Source of the DNA: Eledone cirrhosa
Taxonomy: Eukaryota
Length of the DNA stretch: 64,000 nt
NCBI GenBank assembly: GCA_964016885.1
Contig: OZ024762.1
Span: 5,084,001 to 5,148,000, forward strand
Reading direction: 5' to 3'
Of the stretch, positions 51,760 to 63,952 are shown one piece after another (within the stretch, counting starts at the first letter, position 1; every line of letters starts with the position of its first letter). The notes below the pieces were generated by a model that was not told the origin of the DNA, made no database searches, and saw only the letters and a program-made list of their open reading frames with translations. The translations under genes and the position numbers were made by a program.

Positions 51760-52503
51760 ATGCAGCACCTGGCTGTCGTTGCACAATACACATGCAGTAT
51801 TAGGTGCACCTGGCTGTCGTTGCACAATACACATGCAGTTTGTAGATGCATCTGGCTGTCGTTGCACAACACACGTGCAGTATGTAGGTGCACCTGGCTG
51901 TTGTTGCACAATACACATGCAATATGTAGGTGCACCTGGCTGTTGTTGCACAATACACATGGAGTATTAGGTGCACCTATTCTATAGTTACATAATACAC
52001 ATGCAATGTGTAGGTGCACCTTCTATAGTTGCATAATACACATGCAATATGTAGGTGCACCTATTCTATAGTTACATAATACACATGCAATATGTAGGTG
52101 CACCTATTCTATAGTTACACAATACACATGCAATATGTAGGTGCACCTATTCTATAGTTACATAATACACATGCAATATGTAGGTGCACCTATTCTATAG
52201 TTACATAATACACATGCAATATGTAGGTGCACCTATTCTATAGTTACATAATACACATGCAATATGTAGGTGCACCTATTCTATAGTTACATAATACACA
52301 TGCAATATGTAGGTGCATCTATTCTATAGTTACATAATACACATGCAATATGTAGGTGCACCTATTCTATAGTTACATAATGTTCATGCAATATGTAGGT
52401 GCACCTATTCTATAGTTGCATAATACACATGCAATATGTAGGTGCACCAATTCTATAGTTGCATAATACACATGCAGTCTGTTGCTGCACCTATTCTGCA
52501 GTT
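51760..52503. repeat. 43-bp minisatellite (~17 copies, two variant blocks)
   Basis: Unit TGCAATATGTAGGTGCACCTATTCTATAGTTACATAATACACA. Confidence 0.95.
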
Positions 52504-52584
52504 GACAGAGACTCTATCTGAACCAATCCCTTCCTCACCATCAAGTTTTACATTCTTATAAGAAGTTCAGGAATAAGTACTAAA

Positions 52585-53356
52585 GTCCTAGATTAGGGGT
52601 CATTGAACTAGGTGTTGTGACACTGGTGTTAAACTGATAGGGTCTCTAGTGTGATCTGACACAGTCCTAGATTAGGGGTCATTCATCTAGGTGTTGTGAC
52701 ACTGGTGTTAAACTGATAGGGTCTCTAGTGTGGTCTGACACAGTCCTAGATTAGGGGTCATTAGACTGAGTGTTGTGACACTGGTGTTAAACTGATAGGG
52801 TCTCTAGTGTGGTCTGACACAGTCCTAGATTAGGGGTCATTAGACTGAGTGTTGTGACACTGGTGTTAAACTGATAGGGTCTCTAGTGTGGTCTGACACA
52901 GTCCTAGATTAGGGCTCATTAGACTAGGTGTTGTGACACTGGTGTTAAACTGATAGGGTCTCTAGTGTGATCTGACACAGTCCTAGATTAGGGGTCATTG
53001 AACTAGGTGTTGTGACACTGGTGTTAAACTGATAGGGTCTCTAGTGTGGTCTGACACAGTCCTAGATTAGGGCTCATTAGACTAGGTGTTGTGACACTGG
53101 TGTTAAACTGATAGGGTCTCTAGTGTGATCTGACACAGTCCTAGATTAGGGGTCATTCATCTAGGTGTTGTGACACTGGTGTTAAACTGATAGGGTCTCT
53201 AGTGTGGTCTGACACAGTCCTAGATTAGGGGTCATTGAACTAGGTGTTGTGACACTGGTGTTAAACTGATAGGGTCTCTAGTGTGGTCTGACACAGTCCT
53301 AGATTAGGGGTCATTCATCTAGGTGTTGTGACACTGGTGTTCAACTGATAGGGTCT
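52585..53356. repeat. 79-bp minisatellite (~10 copies)
   Basis: GTCCTAGATTAGGG recurs every 79 bp. Confidence 0.95.
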
Positions 53357-53559
53357 TTATGATACAAATGCTGTAGTGTGATTTGACAATCTGTCATGTG
53401 ACTGGTTCCATGTGATTGGTGTCATGTGACTAGTGTCATATGACTAATGTCGTGTGACTGGCATCATGTGACTGGTGTCATGTGACTACTGTCATGTGAC
53501 TCCAGTCTACACATGTCTCCATATGTCCTCTGCAGTTACTGCCCATGTTTTATTACCAT

Positions 53560-53825
53560 GCAGCATCGCACTTCACATACTCGGCCGCAAACCTCATTCG
53601 CTTGCCGAGTGGGGGTGGACCTTGTCAAATTGGACCAAGGAAACAATGTTTCCATTAGTCTTTCTATTGCTGACACTATCTACCGGTCACAACTCCTGGC
53701 AGAAGGAACAACGTGAAATAAAATGTCTTGCTCAAGGACACAACACATCACCCGGTCCCAGAATTGAACTCGCAACCTCATGATTACGTATCCAACTCCC
53801 TAACCACTTAGCCATGCCCCTTCAT
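53560..53825 (-). mobile_element. tRNA-headed SINE (family 2-like head, different body)
   Basis: Minus strand TGGCTAAGTGG, GAGTTCAATTC, GTCCTTGAGCAAGACA. Confidence 0.7.
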
Positions 53826-53973
53826 ACAGCCCTTTTTTCTACTAGGAAGAAACCATACATATATCATCATCATCATCATCTTTATGTGCCCTTTTCTATG
53901 CTGACATGAGTTTGACAAGTGCATGTGTGTGTGTAAGAAGACAATATATTATTTTATATGTGTTATAAAATAA

Positions 53974-54150
53974 GGGGGCGGTGGATTGGCAGAATCGGTA
54001 GAGCGTCGGACACCATGCTTTGCAGCATAGAGTTATGGCCCTTTACGTTGTGAGTTCAAATCTCGCCGAAGTTAGCTTTACCTTTCATCCTTACTGGGTC
54101 AATAAAATAAAGTACCAGTAATGCACTGGGGTCAATTTAATCAACTTTCC
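53974..54150 (+). mobile_element. SINE family 1
   Basis: Matches 104-290. Confidence 0.8.
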
Positions 54151-54156
54151 TATTTT

Positions 54157-54662
54157 GGTTAATGATGGGAGGTGATGTTGTGGCCCTCATCCTGGTTATA
54201 GTTGTTATATGTAGGTTAATGATGGGAGGTGATGTTGTGGCCCTCATCCTGGTTATAGCTGTTATATGTAGGTTAATGATGGGAGGTGATGTTGTGGCCC
54301 TCATCCTGGTTATAGCTGTTATATTGAGGTGATGTTGTGGCCCTCATCCTGGTTATAGCTGTTTTATTGAGGTGATGTTGTGGCCCTCATCCTGGTTATA
54401 GCTGTTGTATGTAGGTTAATGATGGGAGGTGATGTTGTGGCCCTCATCCTGGTTATAGTTGTTATATTGAGGTGATGTTGTGGCCCTCATCCTGGTTATA
54501 GCTGTTATATTGAGGTGATGTTGTGGCCCTCATCCTGGTTATAGCTGTTGTATGTAGGTTAATGATGGGAGGTGATGTTGTGGCCCTCATCCTGGTTATA
54601 GTTGTTCATGTTGTTGTTATATGTAGGTTAATGATGGAAGGTGATGAGGTGGCCTACATCCT
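54157..54662. repeat. Minisatellite with interspersed 57-bp and 43-bp unit variants
   Basis: Core GAGGTGATGTTGTGGCCCTCATCCTGGTTATAG. Confidence 0.92.
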
Positions 54663-54801
54663 AATCTTCTCTAATCTTCGTTAATCTCATAAGATGTCAG
54701 CTTAACCATTCAACTTTAATCTGTGTCGAACACAATGGCGGGGATTTCACACACAAAGAAAAAAGACTTTACATTGCTCTCTTTAAATGGGGCCTACATA
54801 T

Positions 54802-55355
54802 TGTGTGTGTGTGGAGTTGTGTGTGTGTGGAGTTGTGTGTGTGTGTGGAGTTGTGTGTGTGTGGAGTTGTGTGTAGAGTTGTTTGTGTGTAGAGTTGTTT
54901 GTGTGTAGAGTTGGTGTGTGTGTAGAGTTGGTGTGTGTGTAGAGTTGGTGTGTGTGGAGTTGTTTGTGTGTAGAGTTGTTTGTGTGTAGAGTTGGTGTGT
55001 GTGTAGAGTTGGTGTGTGTAGAGTTGGTGTGTGTGTAGAGTTGGTGTGTGTGGAGTTGTGTGTGTAGAGTTGTTTGTGTGTAGAGTTGTTTGTGTGTAGA
55101 GTTGGTGTGTGTGTAGAGTTGGTGTGTGTGTAGAGTTGGTGTGTGTAGAGTTGGTGTGTGTGTAGAGTTGGTGTGTGTGGAGTTGTGTGTGTAGAGTTGT
55201 TTGTGTGTAGAGTTGGTGTGTGTGTAGAGTTGGTGTGTGTGTAGAGTTGTTTGTGTGTAGAATTGGTGTGTGTGGAGTTGTGTGTGTAAAGTTGGTGTGT
55301 GTGTAGAGTTGGTGTGTGTGGAGTTGTTTGTGTGTCGAGTTGGTGTGTGTGTGTA
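54802..55355. repeat. (GT)n-AGAGTT minisatellite (~14-18-bp units)
   Basis: Direct inspection. Confidence 0.92.
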
Positions 55356-55401
55356 GCTAAAATAACTTGACTTTGTTATTATTTTCATTGTTAAATTAAT
55401 A

Positions 55402-55455
<54 letters not shown>

Positions 55456-55468
55456 TATATATAGGGAT

Positions 55469-55600
55469 TCCTGATGATTTCTAAAGAATGAAACAGTTCT
55501 AGTCCTGTAGAATCTCATCTATATTAAAACTTTTATACTCTGCAATATATTGAGTACCTTACTTACTGTGGTTACCTCCGATTCAACCCGGAATAACGTA
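55469..55600 (+). mobile_element. (TA)n-embedded element starting with a hammerhead-like core
   Basis: CCTGATGA-TTTCTAAAGAAT-GAAACAGTTC; near-identical to the reverse complement of 43967-44095. Confidence 0.6.
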
Positions 55601-55612
55601 TATATAAATATA

Positions 55613-55658
<46 letters not shown>

Positions 55659-56261
55659 TATATATATATTTATATATATATATTTATATATATATATATA
55701 TATAATTCAAGGTGAACTGGATGCTTTTTGTTGTCACCAACACGACCACCTTTCAGGGGTCACTGGGTACTTTTTTCTCATGTCACCAATACACCCTTAC
55801 AAGATGGACTGTTGTTTTGATATTTTCATCTATCATTTTGAATTATATATATGTGCCTGTGTGTGAGTGTGTGTGTGTGTCTATATGTGAGAGTGTCTGT
55901 GTCTGTGTGTGTGATGGACTCTCATCATCTTCAATGCAAGAGGGCTAAAATCCTTTTATTTATTTCACTCCACATTGTATTGTTTGTGTCCCCTGTGAGG
56001 CTGTAGCAACCCTGACTGCATCCTTCACACACAAAACATTAAACCAAGGCTGTACTCTTTCAAACATGCTTTACATTATTTTGGAGCTTTATTAGTACTA
56101 AAGTCTGTGTTAAGCCAGAAGGCTCGTTAGACCAGTGCTTATCCCGTGTTCATGGCGTAAAGCGACTGAGAGTACAAGACTTCCCCCTGGACAGGATGCC
56201 ACTCCATCGCAGGGTTAAACATAATTATCTCACATAATATTGCATCTATGAGGTTTTGATA

Positions 56262-56510
56262 TTAATAATAATAATAATAATAATGAAATTAGTGTGTAAA
56301 GTGCTCAGGTGCACTACAACTCGTCAAAGGTGTATGTATAGTACATAGAATAATACACAAATGTCAAGGAAGTACATGTGTGTATGTGTTAGCTGTAGTG
56401 TTGGCGGATCTCGGGAAGCATGGAGGCCTTAAAGGATGCAGTGTCTCGACAGCTAACAACTGATGCAGGTAGTTTGTTCCATGCTTCAGCAACTCTGAGC
56501 GTGAAAAAAT
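56262..56510 (-). mobile_element. CR1/L2-type LINE 3' end inserted in a piggyBac-type MITE (~56220-56627)
   Basis: Manual translation FFTLRVAEAWNKLPASVVSCRDTASFKASM..*; (TAT)n tail. Confidence 0.75.
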
Positions 56511-56852
56511 ATTATTTATTTTGAGAACAATGCCTTAACATCAGTATGAGTGGCTGGTTACAGCCAGTTTGAACAGAAAGAGGCAAGAGTATTCTGTCCG
56601 GATACGGCCGGTTTAAATGCTAAAGGGTTAATGCTGTGATCTCAACTATTTTCCTCCGTTTCAGATTTATTACATTTTCTAAACAGAAGTAAATAATTTG
56701 GCACAAAACCAGAAATAATTCTATTTCTATGTTCTTATTTCCTAGAAAGTTGTCTGTACTTTTTATTTGCTGTTTGTTAGTCTAAATATTCTGGATTGAA
56801 ATTTTGTAATGGTAGAAAGGTAGGGCTGTGTAGTCCAACAGTTTGTTTGGTA

Positions 56853-57465
56853 GTATATACACATACATACAGACACATAGACATATATATACACATACAG
56901 ACATATAGACACATATATATACACATACATACAGACACATAGACATATATATATATACAGACATATAGACACATATATATACACATACATACAGACACAT
57001 ACACATATATGTACATACAGACATATAGACACATATATATACACATACATACAGACACATAGACATATATATATATACAGACATATAGACACATATATAT
57101 ACACATACATACAGACACATAGACATATATATACACATACAGACATATAGACACATATATATACACATACATACAGACACATAGACATATATATATATAC
57201 AGACATATAGACACATATATATACACATACATACAGACACATAGACATATATATACAGACATATAGACACATACATACAGACACATAGACATATATGTAT
57301 ATATACAGACATATAGATACATATATATACACATACATACAGACACATAGACATATATGTATATATACAGACATATAGATACATATATATACACATACAT
57401 ACAGTCACATAGACATACATGTACATACATACATTCAGACATACAGACACATATATATATATACA
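56853..57465. repeat. AC/AT-rich ~60-bp higher-order repeat
   Basis: Direct inspection. Confidence 0.9.
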
Positions 57466-57710
57466 CGTAGGTGTCACAACAAAAAAACACACAGTCCACG
57501 CTGTAATGTGGCCGTGTAGGTAACACGGTAAAAACCTCCCAGTCCACACTGTAAACGTGGTTGGTGTTAGGAAGGGCACCCAGCTGAAGAAAACCCGCCA
57601 GACAGTCCTATACGAGCAGGACAACAAATCTTGCCTCAAGTGGGAAAACTCCCGTCTAAACCCATGCAAGCGTGGAAGATGGACGTTAAACGATGATGAT
57701 GATGATGATA
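57466..57710 (+). mobile_element. SINE family 2-related 3' half
   Basis: Matches 1590-1845. Confidence 0.8.
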
Positions 57711-57757
57711 TATATATATACACACACATACATATACACATATGTACACACATATAC

Positions 57758-57804
<47 letters not shown>

Positions 57805-58200
57805 TACATATACACATATGTACACACATGTACCCATATATATATATACACACACACATACATATACACATATGTACACACATGCACACATATATGCAGA
57901 GACACATATACACACCCACACATCCATACACCCTCACACAGCCATCCATCCATTCATTTAGCTGTTATTTGTAGCAGGTCTAAACTCTATAGTCTTTCAA
58001 TTGTTCTCTCTCCTCCCAATAGGCAGGACAGGTCAGTTGAGGTCAGTTGTGGTCATCATAACCCCCTCCTACCACCTCCTCTCACCACTACCATCACTTC
58101 TTTTTAGTTTGACCACTATACCTGAATTACCGGTTCTCTGTTTATATAGCATGGAAAATAGACATTAAACGATGATGATGATGATTATATATGAATATAA

Positions 58201-58246
<46 letters not shown>

Positions 58247-58250
<4 letters not shown>

Positions 58251-58930
58251 ATAAATTATACAATTATCAAAGTTGTGTTCAAATCATTTAATAGCTGACA
58301 ATCGTTTCTTCCAAACTCTCGTTTGGAGTCATCAGAGCATTATCAATGTTTGCACATATAATTAACCTCCTATTCAACTGAACAATAATATAGATACAAT
58401 ACATCAATACATATAAATTGATGTTGTGAGCAACAGTTTCGTATTTACAGGGTGGAATGGATGCGACATATATTTTATGAGAATTGTACAATAATTCTAC
58501 AAACATTCAAGTTCAAATTAAAATCAAAATCAAAATCAAAAGCATGGAGTGGAATACATGCAACAGTTAAAACAAGGGAACTGCTTCCTCAATGCCTCTT
58601 TAATATTTGGACTGTTCCTCCGTACTTTTGATTTTGATTTTGATTTTAATTTAATTTTGATTTTAATTTGAATTTGAACTTGAATGCTTGTACAATTATT
58701 GTACAATTCTCGTAAAATATATGTCACATCCATTCCACCCTGTAAATACGAAACTGTTGCTCACAACATCAATTTATATGTATCTATATTATTGTTCAGT
58801 TGAATAGGAGGTTAATTATATGTGCAAACATTGATAATACTCCAATGACTCCAAACGAGAGTTTGGAAGAAACGATTGTCAGCTATTAAATGATTTGAAC
58901 ACAACCTCGATAATTGTATAATTTATTGAT
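58247..58930. repeat. Long inverted repeat (~295-bp arms, ~85-bp spacer)
   Basis: 58247-58541 vs 58626-58930, scattered mismatches. Confidence 0.9.
58294..58338 (-). ncRNA. Canonical minimal type I hammerhead ribozyme motif
   Basis: GCT-CTGATGA-cTCCAAAC-GAGA-GTTTGGAa-GAAA-C-GATT-GTC-AGC: intact core, GNRA-capped stem II, GUC cleavage triplet. Confidence 0.8.
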
Positions 58931-59189
58931 TTTACTGCTCTGTAAAACAACTGATGTTCATACATTGAGCTATTTCCCTTACTGGTAATAAGGTTATTAA
59001 GAAATTACTGACCTTCCTGTTTGTGGTTGTTTATACTATATACATAACTAGAAATAGTATTATTATTATATATATATATATATGTATATATATATGTAAG
59101 TATGTATGTATGTATATACATATATGTATACAGACGTACAGTAGTATGTATATATATATACATACATGCACACATATATATATGCACGT

Positions 59190-59440
59190 ATCGGTTGGAC
59201 TTACGATCATAATGTCGTGGGTTCGATTCCTGGGTTGTGTGTTGTGTTCTTGAGCAAAACACTTCATTTCACGTTGCTCCAGTATACTCAGCTGAAAATG
59301 AGTACCAACAATAGCTGGAGGTTTAACCCTGCGATGGACTGGCGTCCTGTCCAGGGGGGGGGGGGGGGGTCTTGTACTCTCAGTCGCTTCACACCATGAA
59401 ACTGGAATAAGTACTGGCCAAAAGAGCCTTCTGGCTTAGA
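59190..59440 (+). mobile_element. tRNA-headed SINE (family 3)
   Basis: GGTTCGATTCC, TTGAGCAAAACACTT, CTCAGCTGAAAATGAGTACC, AACCCTGCGATGGACTGGCGTCCTGTCCAGGG; its 3' part is also at 56110-56217 (-). Confidence 0.75.
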
Positions 59441-60276
59441 TTTTTTTTTAGACTATCTAGGAACATGTCATCTACACACAGGCAAATTCAACCAGTTTCA
59501 AGTCCACGCAGCAGGCAATTGTATTGCTAACCAAACAGATACAGATAACAGTTCATATCCTGTTTGATATATCTTCACTGTGTGTGAATTTCTCCAAAAT
59601 GGCTGACTGAATACAAAAGTGTTTTTTTCTCCCCCAATTTTTTTTCTGTTTCTTCCTCTTCTTGCTCTCTATCTTTCTATTTGATCTATGTTCACACATG
59701 TATATATATTTAATATCTATGTATAAATTTGAGCGACTTCTGTCTGGCCGTCGCACAATGTGTGTTTGTGTGAATGTATGTGTGTGTAAAAGGAAGGAAG
59801 GGGTGGCCAAAAAACTATAGCAAAACATGGGCTGTGTGTGAGTGTATGCGTATGTTTGTGTAAATGTATGTGTGTGTTTGTGTGAATGTATGTCTGTGAG
59901 TGTGTATTTTTATAAGTGTGTCTGTGTTTGTGTGTTTATATTTATATACTCATACATACAAATGTGTGCACATACACCCACACATATACACATACACTCC
60001 CAAGGTATATATAGCCATATATATATATATATATATACTTAGGGTAAACATTGATGCAATTCAATTCAAGCACTCAACATCCTTATTCCACATAGGAGTG
60101 ACGGAGTACATATCGAATAAGGAAAAGCGAAGTAGTTTCAAGTCTTTTAATTATATATATATATGTGTATATAATTATGTATGTATGTATGTGAATCCAT
60201 TTATATGTATGTATATATTATATATGAATGTATGAATGTGTGTGTATATATATAAGTATGTAGCAGCCGTACTAAG

Positions 60277-60912
60277 AGTGTGGACTGGGTGCTTTACAGT
60301 GTGGACTGGGTGCTTTTTATTGTGGCACCAACACAACCACATTACAGTGTGGACTGGGTGCTTTTTATTGTGGCACCAACACAACCACATTACAGTGTGG
60401 ACTGGGTGCTTTTTATTGTGGCACCAACACAACCACATTACAGTGTGGACTGGGTGCTTTTTATTGTGGCACCAACACAACCACATTACAGTGTGGACTG
60501 GGTGCTTTTTATTGTGGAACCAACACAACCACATTACAGTGTGGACTGGGTGCTTTTTATTGTGGCACCAACACAACCACATTACAGTGTGGACTGGGTG
60601 CTTTTTATTGTGGCACCAACACAAACATTTAATAAAGTTGACTGGGCATTTTTTGTCGTGTCACTAGCACTGCCACTTACAGGGTTGACTGAGCACTTTT
60701 GTGCTGTCACAAGCACGTTACAGTGGTGATTGAGCACTTTTGTGGTATCACCAACACAACCACTTTATATTGTGGGCTGGGTACTTTTTCTTGTGTCACC
60801 AGTACAACCACTTTATGGGGTTGATTGAGCACTTTTGTACTATCACCAGTACCGCCACTTTATTGGGTTGACTGAGCACTTTTGTGGTGTCACCAGCACA
60901 ACCACTTTACAG
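60277..60912. repeat. 48-bp SINE-derived minisatellite (~7 homogeneous copies, then degenerate units)
   Basis: Unit TTACAGTGTGGACTGGGTGCTTTTTATTGTGGCACCAACACAACCACA, related to the 22688-23290 array. Confidence 0.9.
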
Positions 60913-61269
60913 TCAAGTACTCAGGTCGATATAAGTAACCATGGCTCATATCTCCAAATTTGAGGCTTCCTGGGTTCAAATCATGCCAAAACCAACTTCT
61001 CCATTCAGGATTGATAGATTCAAGTACTAGTCAAATACTGGAGTATGTATAAATCTCCTCAAATTAGGGGTCTTGTACCTGCATCAGTAATCAATAATAC
61101 ATTATCAAGATTACTTCTTGTTCTTCTTCTTCAAGGATGATGATTATGGTGGTGGTGTTGACGATGATGATGTTTATTAAGATCTTAGACATCCATTCCT
61201 TCCTTGATCCCTCAATTTCTAATGGAGCCACAACTGGGTTTCAATGATAAGGCCTATCACGCCCTATTC

Positions 61270-61912
61270 CTATCACCCAGTCACTTTCATCATCCCTCCA
61301 CACATGACCCAACCATCTCATTCCAATTGATCCAGCTGGATCCCCAAGCATGACCAGCCAAGCTCAGGGATGTTATCCAACCATCTTGCTCCAGGTCTAC
61401 CCCTGGGTCCCCTGTTAGTTGGTTTTCCCCGTAAAATCTGTCCAGCGATTCTATCCTGAGACATTCTAACCACATGTGAGAGCCGTGATCTCTCAATTCA
61501 GAGAAATAGCAGCTCTACCTGGAATGACTCACTGATCTTTGAGCTATGCACTTTATTGAGCTACGTTACTCCAAAGACCCTTTAGAGGAACCCCATTTCA
61601 GCCGTTTGTATTAGTAATCGTATTCTTTTTGTGGTTAAACATGATTCAAGGGTAGGCATAAATACCGAATTGAAGATAGCAAGTTTGGCATTTACCCCTA
61701 CCTCCCTTCTTCTGATTACCGAATGCTGAAGCTGGTACATTACTACACTAACTCCTGCAATTCTTACACTTAATTCAGCCTCTTGCCTTCCATCACTGGT
61801 GAACATAGCCCTGAGATACTTGAACATCTACATCAGCTTCAGTGGAACTCCACTCACATGTTGAGTGCACTCTGCAGGTTTCCTTGAGAGGACAACTGTC
61901 TCAGCTGCTTTA
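61270..61912 (-). pseudogene. RTE LINE 3' remnant
   Basis: FKYLRAMFTSDGRQEAEL..KLAIFNSVFMPTL..IQTAEMGFL. Confidence 0.8.
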
Positions 61913-61989
61913 TTTTATGGATCTCTTTTTGTTGAAGGGCTAAGTTATAGAACTAAGACAGACATGGACCCCCCCCCCCCTACATACAC

Positions 61990-62034
<45 letters not shown>

Positions 62035-62037
<3 letters not shown>

Positions 62038-62174
62038 TAAAATTCCATTTTAACGAAATTCATGGGGCATAAAAAAAATTTGTAACAAAAAATTCTTTAT
62101 AATGAGATCAACCTAACACATTGAGCGGGCGGTCAGGGATTGAAAACATTTTCGTTTTAATGGTATTTTACCTG
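62035..62174. mobile_element. Tc1/mariner-pogo-type MITE
   Basis: TA|CAGTAAAATTCCATTTTAACGAAA ... TTTCGTTTTAATGGTATTTTACCTG|TA. Confidence 0.7.
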
Positions 62175-62280
62175 TATATATAAAATGTGGAAAGTGATAT
62201 AAGGCTAAACAATGCAAAATAGAAGGTAAGAAGAAGGTAACAAAAAAGTTATTTATTTTAGTTTATTTTTGTTTCTTCAG

Positions 62281-62320
62281 GCCTAATATTTCGGGACTTA
62301 AAATTCCCTTCTTCAGAGTA
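62281..62320 (-). ncRNA. Hammerhead-like motif in the left arm of inverted repeat 62177-62810
   Basis: Minus strand CTGAAGA-aGGGA-attttaag-TCCC-GAAA-TATTA; stem I weak. Confidence 0.5.
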
Positions 62321-62385
62321 TAAGGAACTTTCAGAGAAAAATGTTCTGGTTTCTTCTCTTTTGGAAGAAACCAGAACATAGACAC

Positions 62386-62542
62386 ATCATCATCATCATC
62401 ATTTTACGTCCGCTCTTCCCTGCTAGCAAGGGTGGGACGGGTTTTATTCAGCACAGCATCTCTCCACTTGTCACGGTCCTTCGTCATCTCCACCGTGAGC
62501 TTCAGCGATCTGAGGTCTGTTCTCACCACCTCCGCCCATGTT
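62386..62542 (-). mobile_element. RTE LINE 3' end
   Basis: Close copy of 24890-25042. Confidence 0.8.
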
Positions 62543-62909
62543 CACTAATACTCACAGACATTCACAGAAACACAGGCACACAGAAACATAGGCACACATA
62601 CACAGAATCACAAGATATTTTAATATATAATGGTGGGAATTTCTGAAAGTTCCTTAAACTCTGAAGAAGGGGTTTTAAGTCCCAAAATATTAGGACGAAA
62701 GAAACAACAACAAAACAAAACAAAGATTACCAGGTAACTTACTTTTTAGTTACCCTCATCTTACAGTTCATTTTACATTGTTTAGCCATATATCACTTAC
62801 CATTTATATATTATATACAATGCTTCAAGCAAGCTACAACATTTTATTATATATATGTCAGAAGATCCCGTAAAAGGGGGAAAGCAGCGATTCTTGGCTT
62901 AAACTTTAA

Positions 62910-63126
62910 CCCTTTAGCATTTAAACCAGCCATATCTGACCAGAATTCTTTCACCTCTTTCTGTTCAAACCAGCTGTAACTGGCCACGCATACTGATGTT
63001 AAGATATTGTTCTCAAAATAAATAATATCAAAATGTCATAGATTCAATATCATGTGAGATATGAGAAATAAAGCCTTTACGGCAAAAATACAATAGTATA
63101 TATAGAATAATGTAAATACTAAAGAG
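62910..63126. mobile_element. piggyBac-type MITE family A
   Basis: TTAA at 62906-62909 and 63127-63130. Confidence 0.85.
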
Positions 63127-63261
63127 TTAATCTGCACTTATAATAAATATTTGTTCTGTGGATTTTATATATATATTTTATATATATATACTCCTTATTG
63201 AGCCCTCTTCGGATTTTAGTCTTCACATTTATTATTACTCTATATATATATATTTTTTTTT

Positions 63262-63700
63262 CCCCTCAAAATGAAAGGCAGACTGTATGATGCGTGTATA
63301 CAAACAGCAATGTTACATGGTAGTGAGACCTCGGCGCTGTCTGTGGAAGACTTGCGTAGATTAGAAAGAAACGAAGCCTACATGCTCCGATGGATGTATA
63401 ATAGTAATATATGCGAACGGCAAAGCATAAATGAATTGAGAGAGAGACTGAGCATAAGAGGAATCAAATGCTGTGTGCAGGAGAGGCGGTTGCGTTGGTA
63501 TGGACATGTGATGCATATGAAGGATGACAGCTGCATAAAAAGGTGCAGAGCACTAGAAGTTGATGGAAACCGCGGAGTGGGATGAGGTGATAAAAGCCGA
63601 CCTTACCCAATTACACCTCTCAAAGGCGATGACACACGACCGTGACCTCTGGCGTCACGCAGTAATACAGAGTACCCGACCTCCCATGGGTACAAGCTGA
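63262..63700 (+). pseudogene. RTE LINE 3' remnant
   Basis: KGRLYDACIQTAMLHGSET..RRLRWYGHVMHM. Confidence 0.85.
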
Positions 63701-63719
63701 AGCATATAGACAATATGCC

Positions 63720-63952
63720 CCCACACCCTCCCACTGCAAAGTGGTCGTGGAGGTGCCACGGCACAAAAGCACCCAGCCCACACTGTAAATGAGGTTGGTG
63801 TTAGGAAGGGCATCCAGCTGTAGAAATAAAGCCAGAATCAGTTCCCATATGAGCAAGACAAGGTCAGCCGACTGGACACTGCCCACAACAGGACAACCCG
63901 TCTAACCCATGCTAGAGTGGAAGAACGGACGTAAAACGGTGATGATGATGAT
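63720..63952 (+). mobile_element. SINE family 2-related 3' half
   Basis: GGTGTTAGGAAGGGCATCCAGCTGTAGAAA ... GGACGTAAAACGGT(GAT)n. Confidence 0.8.

Noticed and set aside
52585-53356. CRISPR-like regular arrays (also 22688-23290 and 28388-28915)
   Set aside because: Head-to-tail units with no unique spacers, no cas genes, eukaryotic context
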